From positions 96,001 through 160,000 of the forward strand of contig JAXHVD010000002.1 in assembly GCA_034189385.1 (NCBI GenBank): a stretch of DNA of 64,000 bases, written 5' to 3'. This stretch comes from Thermodesulfobacteriota bacterium (GTDB lineage: Bacteria; Desulfobacterota; Desulfobacteria; Desulfobacterales; C00003060). Of this stretch, positions 51,985-61,314 are shown one piece after another. A program made the position numbers and the translations under genes. Numbering within the stretch: position 1 is the stretch's first letter; every line of letters starts with the position of its first letter. The notes under the pieces were generated by a model. The model saw nothing but the letters and a program-made list of their open reading frames with translations, ran no database searches and was not told the DNA's origin.

Positions 51985-52328
51985 GGATCGTGATGGAATA
52001 AAGAGGGCAAAAAGGAATCTGAGGTTGGCAGCAAGGAAAAAGGACGAGTAACGTACAGAAGTTGTGACAGTCTATTTCTGAATAGACATTCCGGATAGGG
52101 CGAATCGCTTCTCTTCGGCCTCCAATGCCTTTAAGTAGCCCCTATTAGCGGTGTGGATGGAAATGGCTGTATGCCTACGTTCAGCGATCCTCCCTATCCT
52201 TTTAGCTGTCTGCTAAGAGGGTTTGCCTCAGCTTTTGAACGTTACCAAAGGATGAAATGGCAAGAAGTCTTTTGTAAATTGGGCTTCTTGCGAAGCCGTC
52301 AACAATACGCACAAAAAGGATACACAGT

Positions 52329-54428
52329 ATGTCCCAAACCCTACTTGTAGAAATTGTGACAGAAGAAATACCTGCCGGATACATTGCACCGGCCCTTCAG
52401 GCCATGTCGGTCCATATGAGCCAGAAACTGTCCCAGGCCCGCATCGATCACGCCGGAGGGACAGAAACCTTCGGTACCCCCAGGCGTCTGGCCGTGATGG
52501 TTCACCAGGTGGCTGAACGGCAGGCCTCGATGACCGAAGAGGTCCTGGGGCCCCCAACGGCCGTTGCCTTTGACGCCAAGGGCCGTCCCACCAAGGCCGC
52601 TGAAGGCTTTGCCAAGAACCAGGGTGTCTCAATAAAGAGCCTGACTGTTAAGACCACAGACAAGGGCGATTACGTCTGTGTCCGCAGGAAAGAGAAAGGG
52701 CAGGCCACCCGACGACTCCTTCAGACCATCATCCCAGAGGTCATCACCGCTATTCCCTTTCCCAAGTCCATGCGGTGGGCAGACCTGGGGCTTGCCTTTG
52801 CCAGACCCATTCACGCCATACTGGCTCTTTTGGGGGGCCAGATCATCCCTTTTGGCCTGGAGAACATCAAGAGCGGCCGACGAACCCTTGGCCATCGTTT
52901 CATGCACCCCAAAACCATGGCTATTCGCCACCCCTCCGTCTATAGGGATGCCCTGAAATCGGCCCACGTCATAGCAGACATTGCAGAACGCAGGCAGATG
53001 ATTCAAGAACGCATCGCCCTGGCCGGCCAGAGGCTGGGCGGAAAAGTGATCTCTGATGATGAGCTCCTGGACACTGTGACCCAGCTGGTGGAGTACTGTG
53101 CCGTGTCTGCCGGGATTTTTGACGGGGCATTTCTGAAACTTCCCCGGGAGGTGCTGATTACTGCCATGCGGGAGCACCAGAAGTACTTTGCCGTGGCCGA
53201 CTCTGACGGCCGGTTGTTGCCCTGTTTTGTTGCAGTGAACAATACCCCTGCAGAAGACATGGCCTTGGTCACGAACGGACATGAGCGGGTATTGAGGGCC
53301 AGATTGGAAGACGCACGCTTTTTCTTTGAAACAGATATGAAGACCCCTTCCCGCGACATGGTGGACAGGCTCAAGGGCGTGCTTTTCCAGGCAAAGCTGG
53401 GCTCCATGTTTGAAAAGACGGGCCGTCTCCAGAAACTTGCCGAGGCACTGGCAGAATGGACGGACCCAGAGATCAAGCCCGTTGCATCGCGGGCGGCTTG
53501 GCTGTGCAAAACAGACCTGACGACCCAGATGGTCAATGAGTTCCCGAAACTCCAGGGGGTCATGGGTCGTGTGTATGCCGGCCTGTCAGGTGAACCGGAA
53601 GCGGCGTCCCGCGCCATTGAGGAACACTACTTGCCGGCCTATGCCGGCGGCCCGCTGCCTGAGACCTCTGCCGGTGCCTTGGTGAGCATCGCAGACAAGA
53701 CAGACACCATTTGCGGCTGTTTTGGAATCGGCCTTGTGCCAAGCGGCACTGCAGATCCCTATGCCCTGAGACGCCAGGCCATGGGCGTTATCCAGATCAT
53801 ATTGGCAAGGGCCCTTCCCCTTTCCTTGAAGGGGCTCATTGAAAAGGGCCTTGCCCTTCTAGGTGACAAGATAGAGGGGGCTCCGGAAGACACGGCCGAC
53901 AAGATTCTGAGCTTTTTTCAGCGTCGCCTGGAATATCTGTTGTCTGAAAAGGGGTACTCCAAGGACGTGATTGCGGCCGTGGTGAGCACCTCCATGGACA
54001 ACCTCCCAGAGGTGTTGCAGCGGACCAAGGCCCTGATGAATCTCAAGGCAAAACCGGATTTCGAGCCCCTGGCCGTTGCCTTCAAGCGCGTGGTGAACAT
54101 TATCAAGAAGGCCAGACAGCAGGGGGCCATGGCCCCAGACCGGCACCAGGCGTGTACGGACCCCAACCTCTTTGAGCAATCTTGCGAGCACGTCCTCTAT
54201 GATGCCTTTCAAAAGGTAAAAGAGGCCCTGTCTAAGGACTTGAAAAGGGGAGACTTTGATCAGGCTTTGCTCACGGTATCCACCTTAAGAGGCCCAGTGG
54301 ATGGCTTTTTTGAGGGGGTCATGGTCTTGACGGAAGACGAGCGGCTGAAGCGAAACCGGTTGGCCCTCCTTGGAGAGATCGCCGATCTTTTCGCCGTCTT
54401 TGCGGATTTTTCAAAGATTTCTACGTGA
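52329..54428 (+). CDS. glyS: Glycine-tRNA ligase beta subunit
   Basis: EIVTEEIP, TPRRL, KSMRW, HQKYF, ARLEDA, DPYALRR, NRLALL. Confidence 0.98.
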   Translation: MSQTLLVEIVTEEIPAGYIAPALQAMSVHMSQKLSQARIDHAGGTETFGTPRRLAVMVHQVAERQASMTEEVLGPPTAVAFDAKGRPTKAAEGFAKNQGVSIKSLTVKTTDKGDYVCVRRKEKGQATRRLLQTIIPEVITAIPFPKSMRWADLGLAFARPIHAILALLGGQIIPFGLENIKSGRRTLGHRFMHPKTMAIRHPSVYRDALKSAHVIADIAERRQMIQERIALAGQRLGGKVISDDELLDTVTQLVEYCAVSAGIFDGAFLKLPREVLITAMREHQKYFAVADSDGRLLPCFVAVNNTPAEDMALVTNGHERVLRARLEDARFFFETDMKTPSRDMVDRLKGVLFQAKLGSMFEKTGRLQKLAEALAEWTDPEIKPVASRAAWLCKTDLTTQMVNEFPKLQGVMGRVYAGLSGEPEAASRAIEEHYLPAYAGGPLPETSAGALVSIADKTDTICGCFGIGLVPSGTADPYALRRQAMGVIQIILARALPLSLKGLIEKGLALLGDKIEGAPEDTADKILSFFQRRLEYLLSEKGYSKDVIAAVVSTSMDNLPEVLQRTKALMNLKAKPDFEPLAVAFKRVVNIIKKARQQGAMAPDRHQACTDPNLFEQSCEHVLYDAFQKVKEALSKDLKRGDFDQALLTVSTLRGPVDGFFEGVMVLTEDERLKRNRLALLGEIADLFAVFADFSKIST

Positions 54429-54568
54429 TTTCTAGCCTTCCCTGAAAGAGGCAAGAGCTTTGTACCACGAGTTTTGCGCCCGTATTTCTCGTAACTCGTC
54501 CCCCTGTGAAGGATTTCATGTCAAGATCTGACCGCACCGAGGGGTAGGAAATTTCGCTGAACGCAGGC

Positions 54569-55105
54569 CTACGGCTGTCTCCCCTTGCTCAAGGCAATCA
54601 AGAGAAGACCGGAGATCGTCTTTGCGTCTTGTATCTTGCCCTCTTTGATCATCTCTATGGCCCTGTCAAAGGATGTGGGCCGGACTTCCAGGACCTCGTC
54701 ATCATCAAGCCTCTGCTCAGCCGGCGTCAACCCCGTGGCCAGATAGATATGGATACACTCGTCCGTGTACCCCGGGGCGGGCAGGATCTGCGCCACCCTC
54801 ACAAGGTCTCTGGCCTCAAAGCCGATCTCTTCCACCAGTTCTCTTCGCGCACAAGCCTCTGGGCTTTCATTCGGCTCCAGTGTCCCGGCGGGGATCTCCC
54901 ACAGAAAATCTCCCACAGCGTGGCGGTATTGCTTGATAAGGGCCACGTTGCCGTCATCAAATAGGGGCACCATGGCCGCAGCGCCAGGATGGCGGACCAC
55001 TTCCCGGTTTTTTACGACCCCGTTTGGCAACGTCATCTCCTCAAGGGCTACGTTGAAGATTCTGCCCTTGTAGATATTTGTTATCTTTTGCACTTTCAAA
55101 GACAT
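54569..55105 (-). CDS. nudF: NUDIX hydrolase, ADP-ribose pyrophosphatase type
   Basis: HPGAA, QYRH, EIPAG...ARRELVEEIG Nudix box, DAKT. Confidence 0.88.
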   Translation of the reverse strand: MSLKVQKITNIYKGRIFNVALEEMTLPNGVVKNREVVRHPGAAAMVPLFDDGNVALIKQYRHAVGDFLWEIPAGTLEPNESPEACARRELVEEIGFEARDLVRVAQILPAPGYTDECIHIYLATGLTPAEQRLDDDEVLEVRPTSFDRAIEMIKEGKIQDAKTISGLLLIALSKGRQP

Positions 55106-55167
55106 GCGTTCCTCCTTTAGTGGTTCAAATAGTTGCTAATGAGATCATTGACATTTAGATATAAAGT

Positions 55168-55488
55168 CACCGCCCGCTCCCCTTCGACATTGCTACATTC
55201 GGCCTGAGCTCATGTCGAAGGCAGAGTCGCTCGAGACGCAAAGGACGCAAAGAACGGCCCTTTTTCGCTTTTCGCTGAGATGCCGAAAAGCAAAAACCAA
55301 CTTGCCCTTCGGGCAGGGCTAATGAACATCAGCGATCTTGCAATCTAACCATCTGCAAATACAACTACAATGTCTTCTCTCGACCCACTTCTGTTCGCCA
55401 TAGGCGATAGCTTTCTTATGTTTTCCGGCGTCTCAGCGGAAAACATAAAGCAAAATAGACTCTGCGCTCTTCGCGTCTTTGCGGTGAA
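55168..55488. repeat. Nested palindromic REP-like intergenic element
   Basis: ccttcgacat..atgtcgaagg hairpin; gacgcaaaggacgcaaag vs ctctgcgctcttcgcgtctttgcg; cgctgagatgccg vs cggcgtctcagcg. Confidence 0.7.
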
Positions 55489-55679
55489 CATTTGTTCCTA
55501 CAACTAAGAGACTATGTCTAAATACTCTTTGCCGCAAACCTAAAACGGGTTATCTCGCCCCCAGAACACTCACATAGTGAGCAAAGGTGCCTTTTTGCGA
55601 TTTCATCAACTTTGCAGTTGCAGGAGACATGTCTGTGGTGTTAACAGGTCCCCATCCACGAAAGCCCAAAGAGACTACC

Positions 55680-56117
55680 ATGAAGATCGTCATGAAGCCC
55701 ATAGGTTTTGTTAAAACAGATGTGGCCAAGGTCCCTCGGCACTGGAGCCTTTCAGATGCAGAAGGAACCTTGGTGATAGATAAAAGATACCTTCAAGGAC
55801 TTGAAGACATCAGAGTCGGGCAGCGGATCGTGGTGATCTTTCATTTCCATCGAAGCCACGGCTTTTCGCCTCAGTTCCTTCGCCAGACGCCTCCCCACCG
55901 TGCAGAGCCATTGGGCGTCTTTAGCATCTGTTCGCCTATCCGACCCAATCCCATCGGGATGTCCGTTTTAAGAGTTCTTGGAATCAAAGAAAATGTTATT
56001 CACATTAAGGGGCTGGACATGATAGATGGGACACCGGTCTTGGATATCAAGCCTTTTGTTGTAGACAAAGAGAGTTGTCCTAGTTTTGAGGGGCAAGGCC
56101 GTCGTCCTACGTCTTGA
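55680..56117 (+). CDS. tsaA: tRNA (N6-threonylcarbamoyladenosine(37)-N6)-methyltransferase TrmO-like
   Basis: PIGFV, GVFSICSPIRPNPIG, GLDMIDGTPVLDIKP. Confidence 0.9.
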   Translation: MKIVMKPIGFVKTDVAKVPRHWSLSDAEGTLVIDKRYLQGLEDIRVGQRIVVIFHFHRSHGFSPQFLRQTPPHRAEPLGVFSICSPIRPNPIGMSVLRVLGIKENVIHIKGLDMIDGTPVLDIKPFVVDKESCPSFEGQGRRPTS

Positions 56118-56163
56118 CCGGCTGTTGCCCAAACGAAGGTTCTTTAGTGTCATGAACCAGAGG

Positions 56164-56283
56164 TGTCATTAGTCACTGTGCAGTCGAAAGCCTTTTACGT
56201 GCGACATTGAACATTTTCGGAATAAGAGGTTAGCTGAGTGAAGCGCTAAGAATCATAAACTGTTTGATCCGCCGCAGCAGAGG
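56164..56283 (+). mobile_element. MITE-like repeat, left half only
   Basis: tgtcattagtcactgtgcagtcgaaagccttttacgtgcgacattga...aatcataaactgtttgatccgcc. Confidence 0.85.
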
Positions 56284-56512
56284 GAATAAGCTCTTATTAA
56301 TGCGGCAAGAGCGCAGAGTCTATTTTTCTTTATGTTTTGAGCTGTTAACGGGCTATTAAGCTAATGAGCTAATAAGCTACTCAGCCTTGCGTAAGTGCCA
56401 ACCCTGTGATAGTTTCTGCTGAAATTCCAGCACGATACATTGGCACATCTGGAGGCGGCAGAGATGGTAGATTCAGGGACCCCCGAAAATAAACCTACAC
56501 TGGAGGCAAGAC

Positions 56513-57022
56513 ATGGAATGGGTAAATGCGGTGGTGATCATAGCGGTGCTTCTGATGGCACTGCATCAGAAAAAGCGGGTAGCGGCCCTGGAGAAGACCC
56601 TTGCCGTGCAGAAGGAGCAGTTGGCTTCCCAGGCAACTATGATGGCTGCGCACAAAGACATGCTGGCATCCCAGAAGGAGGCCTTGGCCACGTACAGAGA
56701 TCTGATGCATGATACAAGGCCTCCGATCGATCGAGACATCCAGGAAGCACCTGCAGATGGGCCCAGAACCACGGGAGAAGAGACCAGGATTAGGAAGCGG
56801 CAGGAGATGGCAGAAGAAAAGTCCAAGTTTGAAAGGGAGGTCCAGGAGAGGACAAAAACCATGGACTGGTATGAAAAGGAGTTCTCTGTCGGGCTGGCTG
56901 CCCTGCTGGAGCTCCTTCTTCACGTCCCCATTGCGGTGCGAGAGTCCATCATCGGCAAAATGCCCAATAGTGTCATCAAAAAGGGCTTTAAGAGGCTATC
57001 GGACACAGAATTTCGGGCATAA
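56513..57022 (+). CDS. Hypothetical membrane-anchored coiled-coil protein
   Basis: GGAGG RBS; N-terminal TM, then LASQ heptad-like repeats. Confidence 0.65.
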   Translation: MEWVNAVVIIAVLLMALHQKKRVAALEKTLAVQKEQLASQATMMAAHKDMLASQKEALATYRDLMHDTRPPIDRDIQEAPADGPRTTGEETRIRKRQEMAEEKSKFEREVQERTKTMDWYEKEFSVGLAALLELLLHVPIAVRESIIGKMPNSVIKKGFKRLSDTEFRA

Positions 57023-57121
57023 GCGCCTTTGACTTCATACCCCCCTTTTAGTTGAGTCGCTTTTGCCGGGCTCACAGGAGCCTCGGAATGGTCAAGAATG
57101 CAAATCTGTCGGAGGGCAACA

Positions 57122-58474
57122 ATGACAAGTAAAGCAAGCATAATCTGGCTGCCCCTAGGGTGGCTATTCCTCTTTGTTGGGGCCGTGATGATGCCAGGTG
57201 CCGCGGCACTGGCCGAGAAGACTCGAGACGACGCATCCATGTTGAGTCTCGAACAAAGCATTGACATCGCCCTGGAGCGCAACCTGGATATCAAGGTGGC
57301 GCTGGAGGAGGTCCTGGCTGCCAAGGAACGAAAAAAGGAGACCACCACCGCCTTTCTGCCGTCACTCAGGGCCGAGTACACCTATCGTCGTCCCAGTGAG
57401 GTCCCCTATATTGTCATTCAGGACAGGAGGATCGATATTGCCGATGAGGATCAGTACGGGTTTACCGGCACCATTGAACAGCCTCTGTTTACGGGCTTTG
57501 CCAATCTTTCCAATTACCAGTTGGCCAAGCTGGGTCTGGATGTGGCAGAGATCCAACTCACCCAAGCCCGCTTTGACCTCATCCTTGATGTAAAGGTGGC
57601 CTACTTTAAGGTCTTAACGGCAGAAAGGATCAAGGAGGTGGCTGAACAGTCGGTGGAGCAGCTGCAGGCAGAGCTGAAGACGGCTCAAAACTTCTACGAT
57701 GTTGGCATGAGCCCCAAGATAGACGTCCTGGACGCCGAGGTCAGGTTGGCCGAGGCAGAACAGCAGCTCATACGGACGGAAAATGCCCTCAGGATTGCTG
57801 AGGCCACCTTCAACACCATCCTGAGGCGGCCGATTGACCAGGAACTGGCCGTGGAGGACATCCTTTCCTACCAGCCCTACGATAGGCCCTACGAGTCTTG
57901 TTTGGGGGTGGCATTGAAGCATCGCCCGGAGCTGATGGAAGCAGAAAAGAACGTAGCCAGTGCCGAGAAGGAGATCACCCTGGCGAAAAGCGCCTATTAT
58001 CCCTACGTGAGTCTTTCGAGCAATTACTATCGGGCAGGCGAGGACCCAAATGTCGATGGCAGCGAGTTCGTGGACCGGGAGAACTGGGATATCATGGCCG
58101 TCGCCAGCATCACCTTTTTTGAGTGGGGGAAAACGCGCTTTGCCGCCAACGAGAAAAGGGCGCGCCTCCGACAGGCCCAAGATGCCCTGGAGCAGATCAA
58201 AGATGCCGTGCGTCTGGATGTGAAGACAAGCTATCTGAATCTTCAGGCCTCAGAGGAGAACATCTCAGTGGCCCAAAAAAGCGTTGGGTCCGCAGAGGAG
58301 AATTTCCGCATTAGCAAAGAGCGTTACCGGGAGCAGGTAGCCACGGCCACAGAGGTCCTGGACGCCCAGACCCGGCTCACGGAGGCCAAGACCAACTACA
58401 CCAGGGCCCTGGCGGAGTTCAACGTGGCCAAGGCACGGCTGATTCGGGCCATGGGTATTGAAGATAGATCGTAA
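57122..58474 (+). CDS. TolC-family outer membrane efflux protein
   Basis: LSLEQSIDIALERN, QPLFTG, RPEL, YYP, two OEP repeats; start uncertain. Confidence 0.92.
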   Translation: MTSKASIIWLPLGWLFLFVGAVMMPGAAALAEKTRDDASMLSLEQSIDIALERNLDIKVALEEVLAAKERKKETTTAFLPSLRAEYTYRRPSEVPYIVIQDRRIDIADEDQYGFTGTIEQPLFTGFANLSNYQLAKLGLDVAEIQLTQARFDLILDVKVAYFKVLTAERIKEVAEQSVEQLQAELKTAQNFYDVGMSPKIDVLDAEVRLAEAEQQLIRTENALRIAEATFNTILRRPIDQELAVEDILSYQPYDRPYESCLGVALKHRPELMEAEKNVASAEKEITLAKSAYYPYVSLSSNYYRAGEDPNVDGSEFVDRENWDIMAVASITFFEWGKTRFAANEKRARLRQAQDALEQIKDAVRLDVKTSYLNLQASEENISVAQKSVGSAEENFRISKERYREQVATATEVLDAQTRLTEAKTNYTRALAEFNVAKARLIRAMGIEDRS

Positions 58475-58983
58475 GGTCTCTTGGTCACGCCTTAAAGGTT
58501 CTTGGCGGAAAAGCGAAGGGACCGTCACACCCTTTAGGGGGCTCCATGATGGCCCCCTTTCCAGAAGCCTGCCTTGCCGGAAAAGTGCCGTACCCGCCCA
58601 GTGCGCGACGCCCCTTGAAAGGAACCGTCCATCCCCTAAAGTTGCAATTGCGAAAGCAAAAACTACCTAGCCCTTGTGCAAAAACTACGCAGTTTTTGCT
58701 CCAAAGAGGCATTCTCCGTCTTCCTGGGCCATTTTAGTTGACATTTTGTTGATTTTGTAGGAAAATCCATGACTTTGAAAAACATTCCGCAATCCCTTGG
58801 CCTCACCAGCGACAGGGGATGAGGCCCGGGATAGCAGGGTCGGGTCCGCCTGCATTCATCATATGCAAACGAGAGTCTAACCAAAACCTAACAAGGGGTC
58901 TCCAAAATAATAGGATTTGCCTTAAGAAAGGATCATTTCCCATTGCTCAAACCCCTTGGATCAACACATGGGGAGAAGAATCC

Positions 58984-59121
58984 ATGAAGAAAATAGCAGC
59001 GTCTTTGGTGTTATTCACCCTGTTGGTCGTGGCCCATACTTCAGCCCTGGCCCAGGCAGAGGTCTATAAGATAGGCCCTGGCAATGTCCTCGAGATTTCT
59101 GTGTGGAAAGATGAGGCCCTG
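58984..59121 (+). pseudogene. N-terminal fragment of a polysaccharide export (Wza/Poly_export) protein
   Basis: Signal peptide plus YKIGPGNVLEISVWKDEAL, after which similarity is lost. Confidence 0.75.
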
Positions 59122-59338
59122 TTTTCTAAGAAGTTTCTCTCGGATTCCCGGAGAGACTGTGATTTCACATTGAAGTGCTTTGCCTTGCCCCACTCCGATA
59201 CCCTCTTGCCGCGCATTTTTTAGTATCTTAGAGTATCTGACAGTATCTGTGAAGATGCCAAACGGTGGCCGAGCACAAAGGATCACGAACGCCGGTATTG
59301 CATCCCTAGCACTTAAAACCTAATACAAGGTGGACAAG

Positions 59339-60430
59339 ATGAAAGTATTCCTTGTAGCTGGAGCCCGGCCCAATTTCATGAAGATCGCTCCCGTGTATCG
59401 GGAAGCCATGAAGCATGATCAGGTGGAGTGCAAGATCGTGCACACGGGCCAGCACTACGATTATGAAATGTCTGAGGCCTTTTTCAAGGACCTTGAGATC
59501 CCTAAACCCGACTTTTTCTTGAACGCCGGCTCGGGCTCCCATGCTGTTCAGACGGCCAAGGTCATGGTAGCTTTCGAAGAGCTCTGCGAGAAAGAAAGGC
59601 CCGATGTGGTCATTGTAGTGGGAGACGTGAACTCTACATTGGCGTGCAGTGTGGTGGCCAAGAAGTCGCTCATTAAAGTGGCTCACGTAGAGGCAGGCTT
59701 AAGAAGCTTTGATCTGACCATGCCGGAAGAGATCAATCGCATGGTGACGGATTGCCTATCGGATTATTTCTTTGTTACCGAAGAGAGCGGGAGAGAGAAT
59801 CTTGTCAAAGAGGGCAAGGAAAAAGAAAGCATCCATTTTGTCGGCCATGTGATGATCGACAATCTACTCTATCAGACCAATCGGCTTGATGAAAAAACCA
59901 TGAAAGGCTTTTCCACGTACAAGCTCAAGAAAGAAAAGGGAGGCTATGCTTTTCTGACCTTGCACCGCCCTTCAAACGTGGACACGAGGGAGGCCTTTTC
60001 CGAGATTGCAGGGGCCTTAAATGCCATCGCTGAAGAAAGACCCATCTTTTTTCCGGTCCATCCAAGGACGGAGAAGATGATGAAGGAATTTGAGCTGAAG
60101 CTTTCGGAAAAGATCGTCCCCCTTTCTCCCCTGGGCTTTAAGGAATCGCTCTTCCTATGGAAAGATGCGGCCGTGGTCCTCACAGACAGCGGCGGACTGC
60201 AGGAGGAAACCACAGCCCTGGGCGTGCCCTGCGTGACGCTCAGGGAGAATACGGAAAGGCCCATTACCATTGAGATGGGCAGTAATGTCTTGGGGGGAAC
60301 AAAGAAGGACACTATTGTCAATGCCTACAGAGAGGCCATGGCAAGGGATAGAAAAACGTATGCTGTGCCGCCCAAGTGGGACGGTCGGGCTTCGGAGCGC
60401 ATATGGAAGGTCTTGTTGGATGGAGATTAG
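59339..60430 (+). CDS. wecB: UDP-N-acetylglucosamine 2-epimerase (non-hydrolysing)
   Basis: GARPNFMK, HTGQHYD, HVEAGLRS, PEEINR, TLHRPSN, TDSGGLQEE, TERP. Confidence 0.97.
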   Translation: MKVFLVAGARPNFMKIAPVYREAMKHDQVECKIVHTGQHYDYEMSEAFFKDLEIPKPDFFLNAGSGSHAVQTAKVMVAFEELCEKERPDVVIVVGDVNSTLACSVVAKKSLIKVAHVEAGLRSFDLTMPEEINRMVTDCLSDYFFVTEESGRENLVKEGKEKESIHFVGHVMIDNLLYQTNRLDEKTMKGFSTYKLKKEKGGYAFLTLHRPSNVDTREAFSEIAGALNAIAEERPIFFPVHPRTEKMMKEFELKLSEKIVPLSPLGFKESLFLWKDAAVVLTDSGGLQEETTALGVPCVTLRENTERPITIEMGSNVLGGTKKDTIVNAYREAMARDRKTYAVPPKWDGRASERIWKVLLDGD

Positions 60431-60547
60431 GATGAACCGCAGACGGCCGCAGACAACCGCAGACCTTTTGTTCGGTCGACATTGCCCGAACAAAACCCGT
60501 CATCGCTTCGCGCATCCAACGAGAGGAAGAAAGGCCCTTGCTTGTCG

Positions 60548-60814
60548 TCAGTCTCTGCCAAGTTGGGCCTTTTCTTGTGAGACTCTCTCGTGCAGCCAGA
60601 CCTTGATCAAGGCCCCGCGGTCAACGCCAATTCTTGTCCTTATGCGGTCAATCTCTTTGACAAGCTCTTCTGCTACGTCAAGGGTAATGCGGACCTTCTT
60701 TCCATGCCGCACGACTTTAGCTTTGGAGAGGTCCATCAGGTCGTGGATGTCCTCGCCATTGTCGAACCGACGATCAAATTCCTGAGTATTCTTAGCTAGT
60801 TCCTTTTTGGCCAT
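60548..60814 (-). CDS. BrnA/CopG-like antitoxin
   Basis: EFDRRFDNGEDI, RITLD, IGVDRGALIKVWL ribbon-helix-helix; overlaps the toxin gene. Confidence 0.85.
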   Translation of the reverse strand: MAKKELAKNTQEFDRRFDNGEDIHDLMDLSKAKVVRHGKKVRITLDVAEELVKEIDRIRTRIGVDRGALIKVWLHERVSQEKAQLGRD

Positions 60815-61064
60815 AGAGCTCCCCTTCACGTTTTCTGGCGCGTCTTACAGATATGATACGGGTAGTTTCTCCGCGCATGGTGAAAATGGCTGTCCACAAC
60901 TTTTTGCCGATTTCTCCTATCATGATCCCCCTGTCTTCAAGGGGATGAGAAGCATGCAGCTCAACCCTGTTGCCGTCGTTCCACAAATCCGTAGCTGTCT
61001 CGAAATCGATTCCATGCTTTCTCTTGTTACGGAGGCTTTTGGTCTCATTCCACTCAAATTTCAT
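60792..61064 (-). CDS. brnT: BrnT family toxin
   Basis: FEWNETKSLRNKRKHGIDF, RIISVRRARKRE. Confidence 0.92.
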   Translation of the reverse strand: MKFEWNETKSLRNKRKHGIDFETATDLWNDGNRVELHASHPLEDRGIMIGEIGKKLWTAIFTMRGETTRIISVRRARKREGELYGQKGTS

Positions 61065-61314
61065 CAATGAATTGTACAGATGTTTTACAAAATTGCAACA
61101 AAAAACAGGGGGAAATTCGCTTCACAGAAAGGTTGTATTCAACCATTTGACCCACATGCTACTTGACCAATGAACCAATCCGTCAATCCCGATTTAACCA
61201 TTTGACGATTCAACCACTTAACCGAAATACCCATGCTCCAATCCCGATCTAACGAATTCACTACTTGACTAAGCGTCAGCGCATGTCTGAGGCCAATCAT
61301 AGGGGAGAAGGATA

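Noticed and set aside
56114..56132. 18/19 match to the left arm of the hairpin after pyrG (14793-14811)
   Set aside because: Only one short arm and two occurrences; insufficient to define a repeat family.
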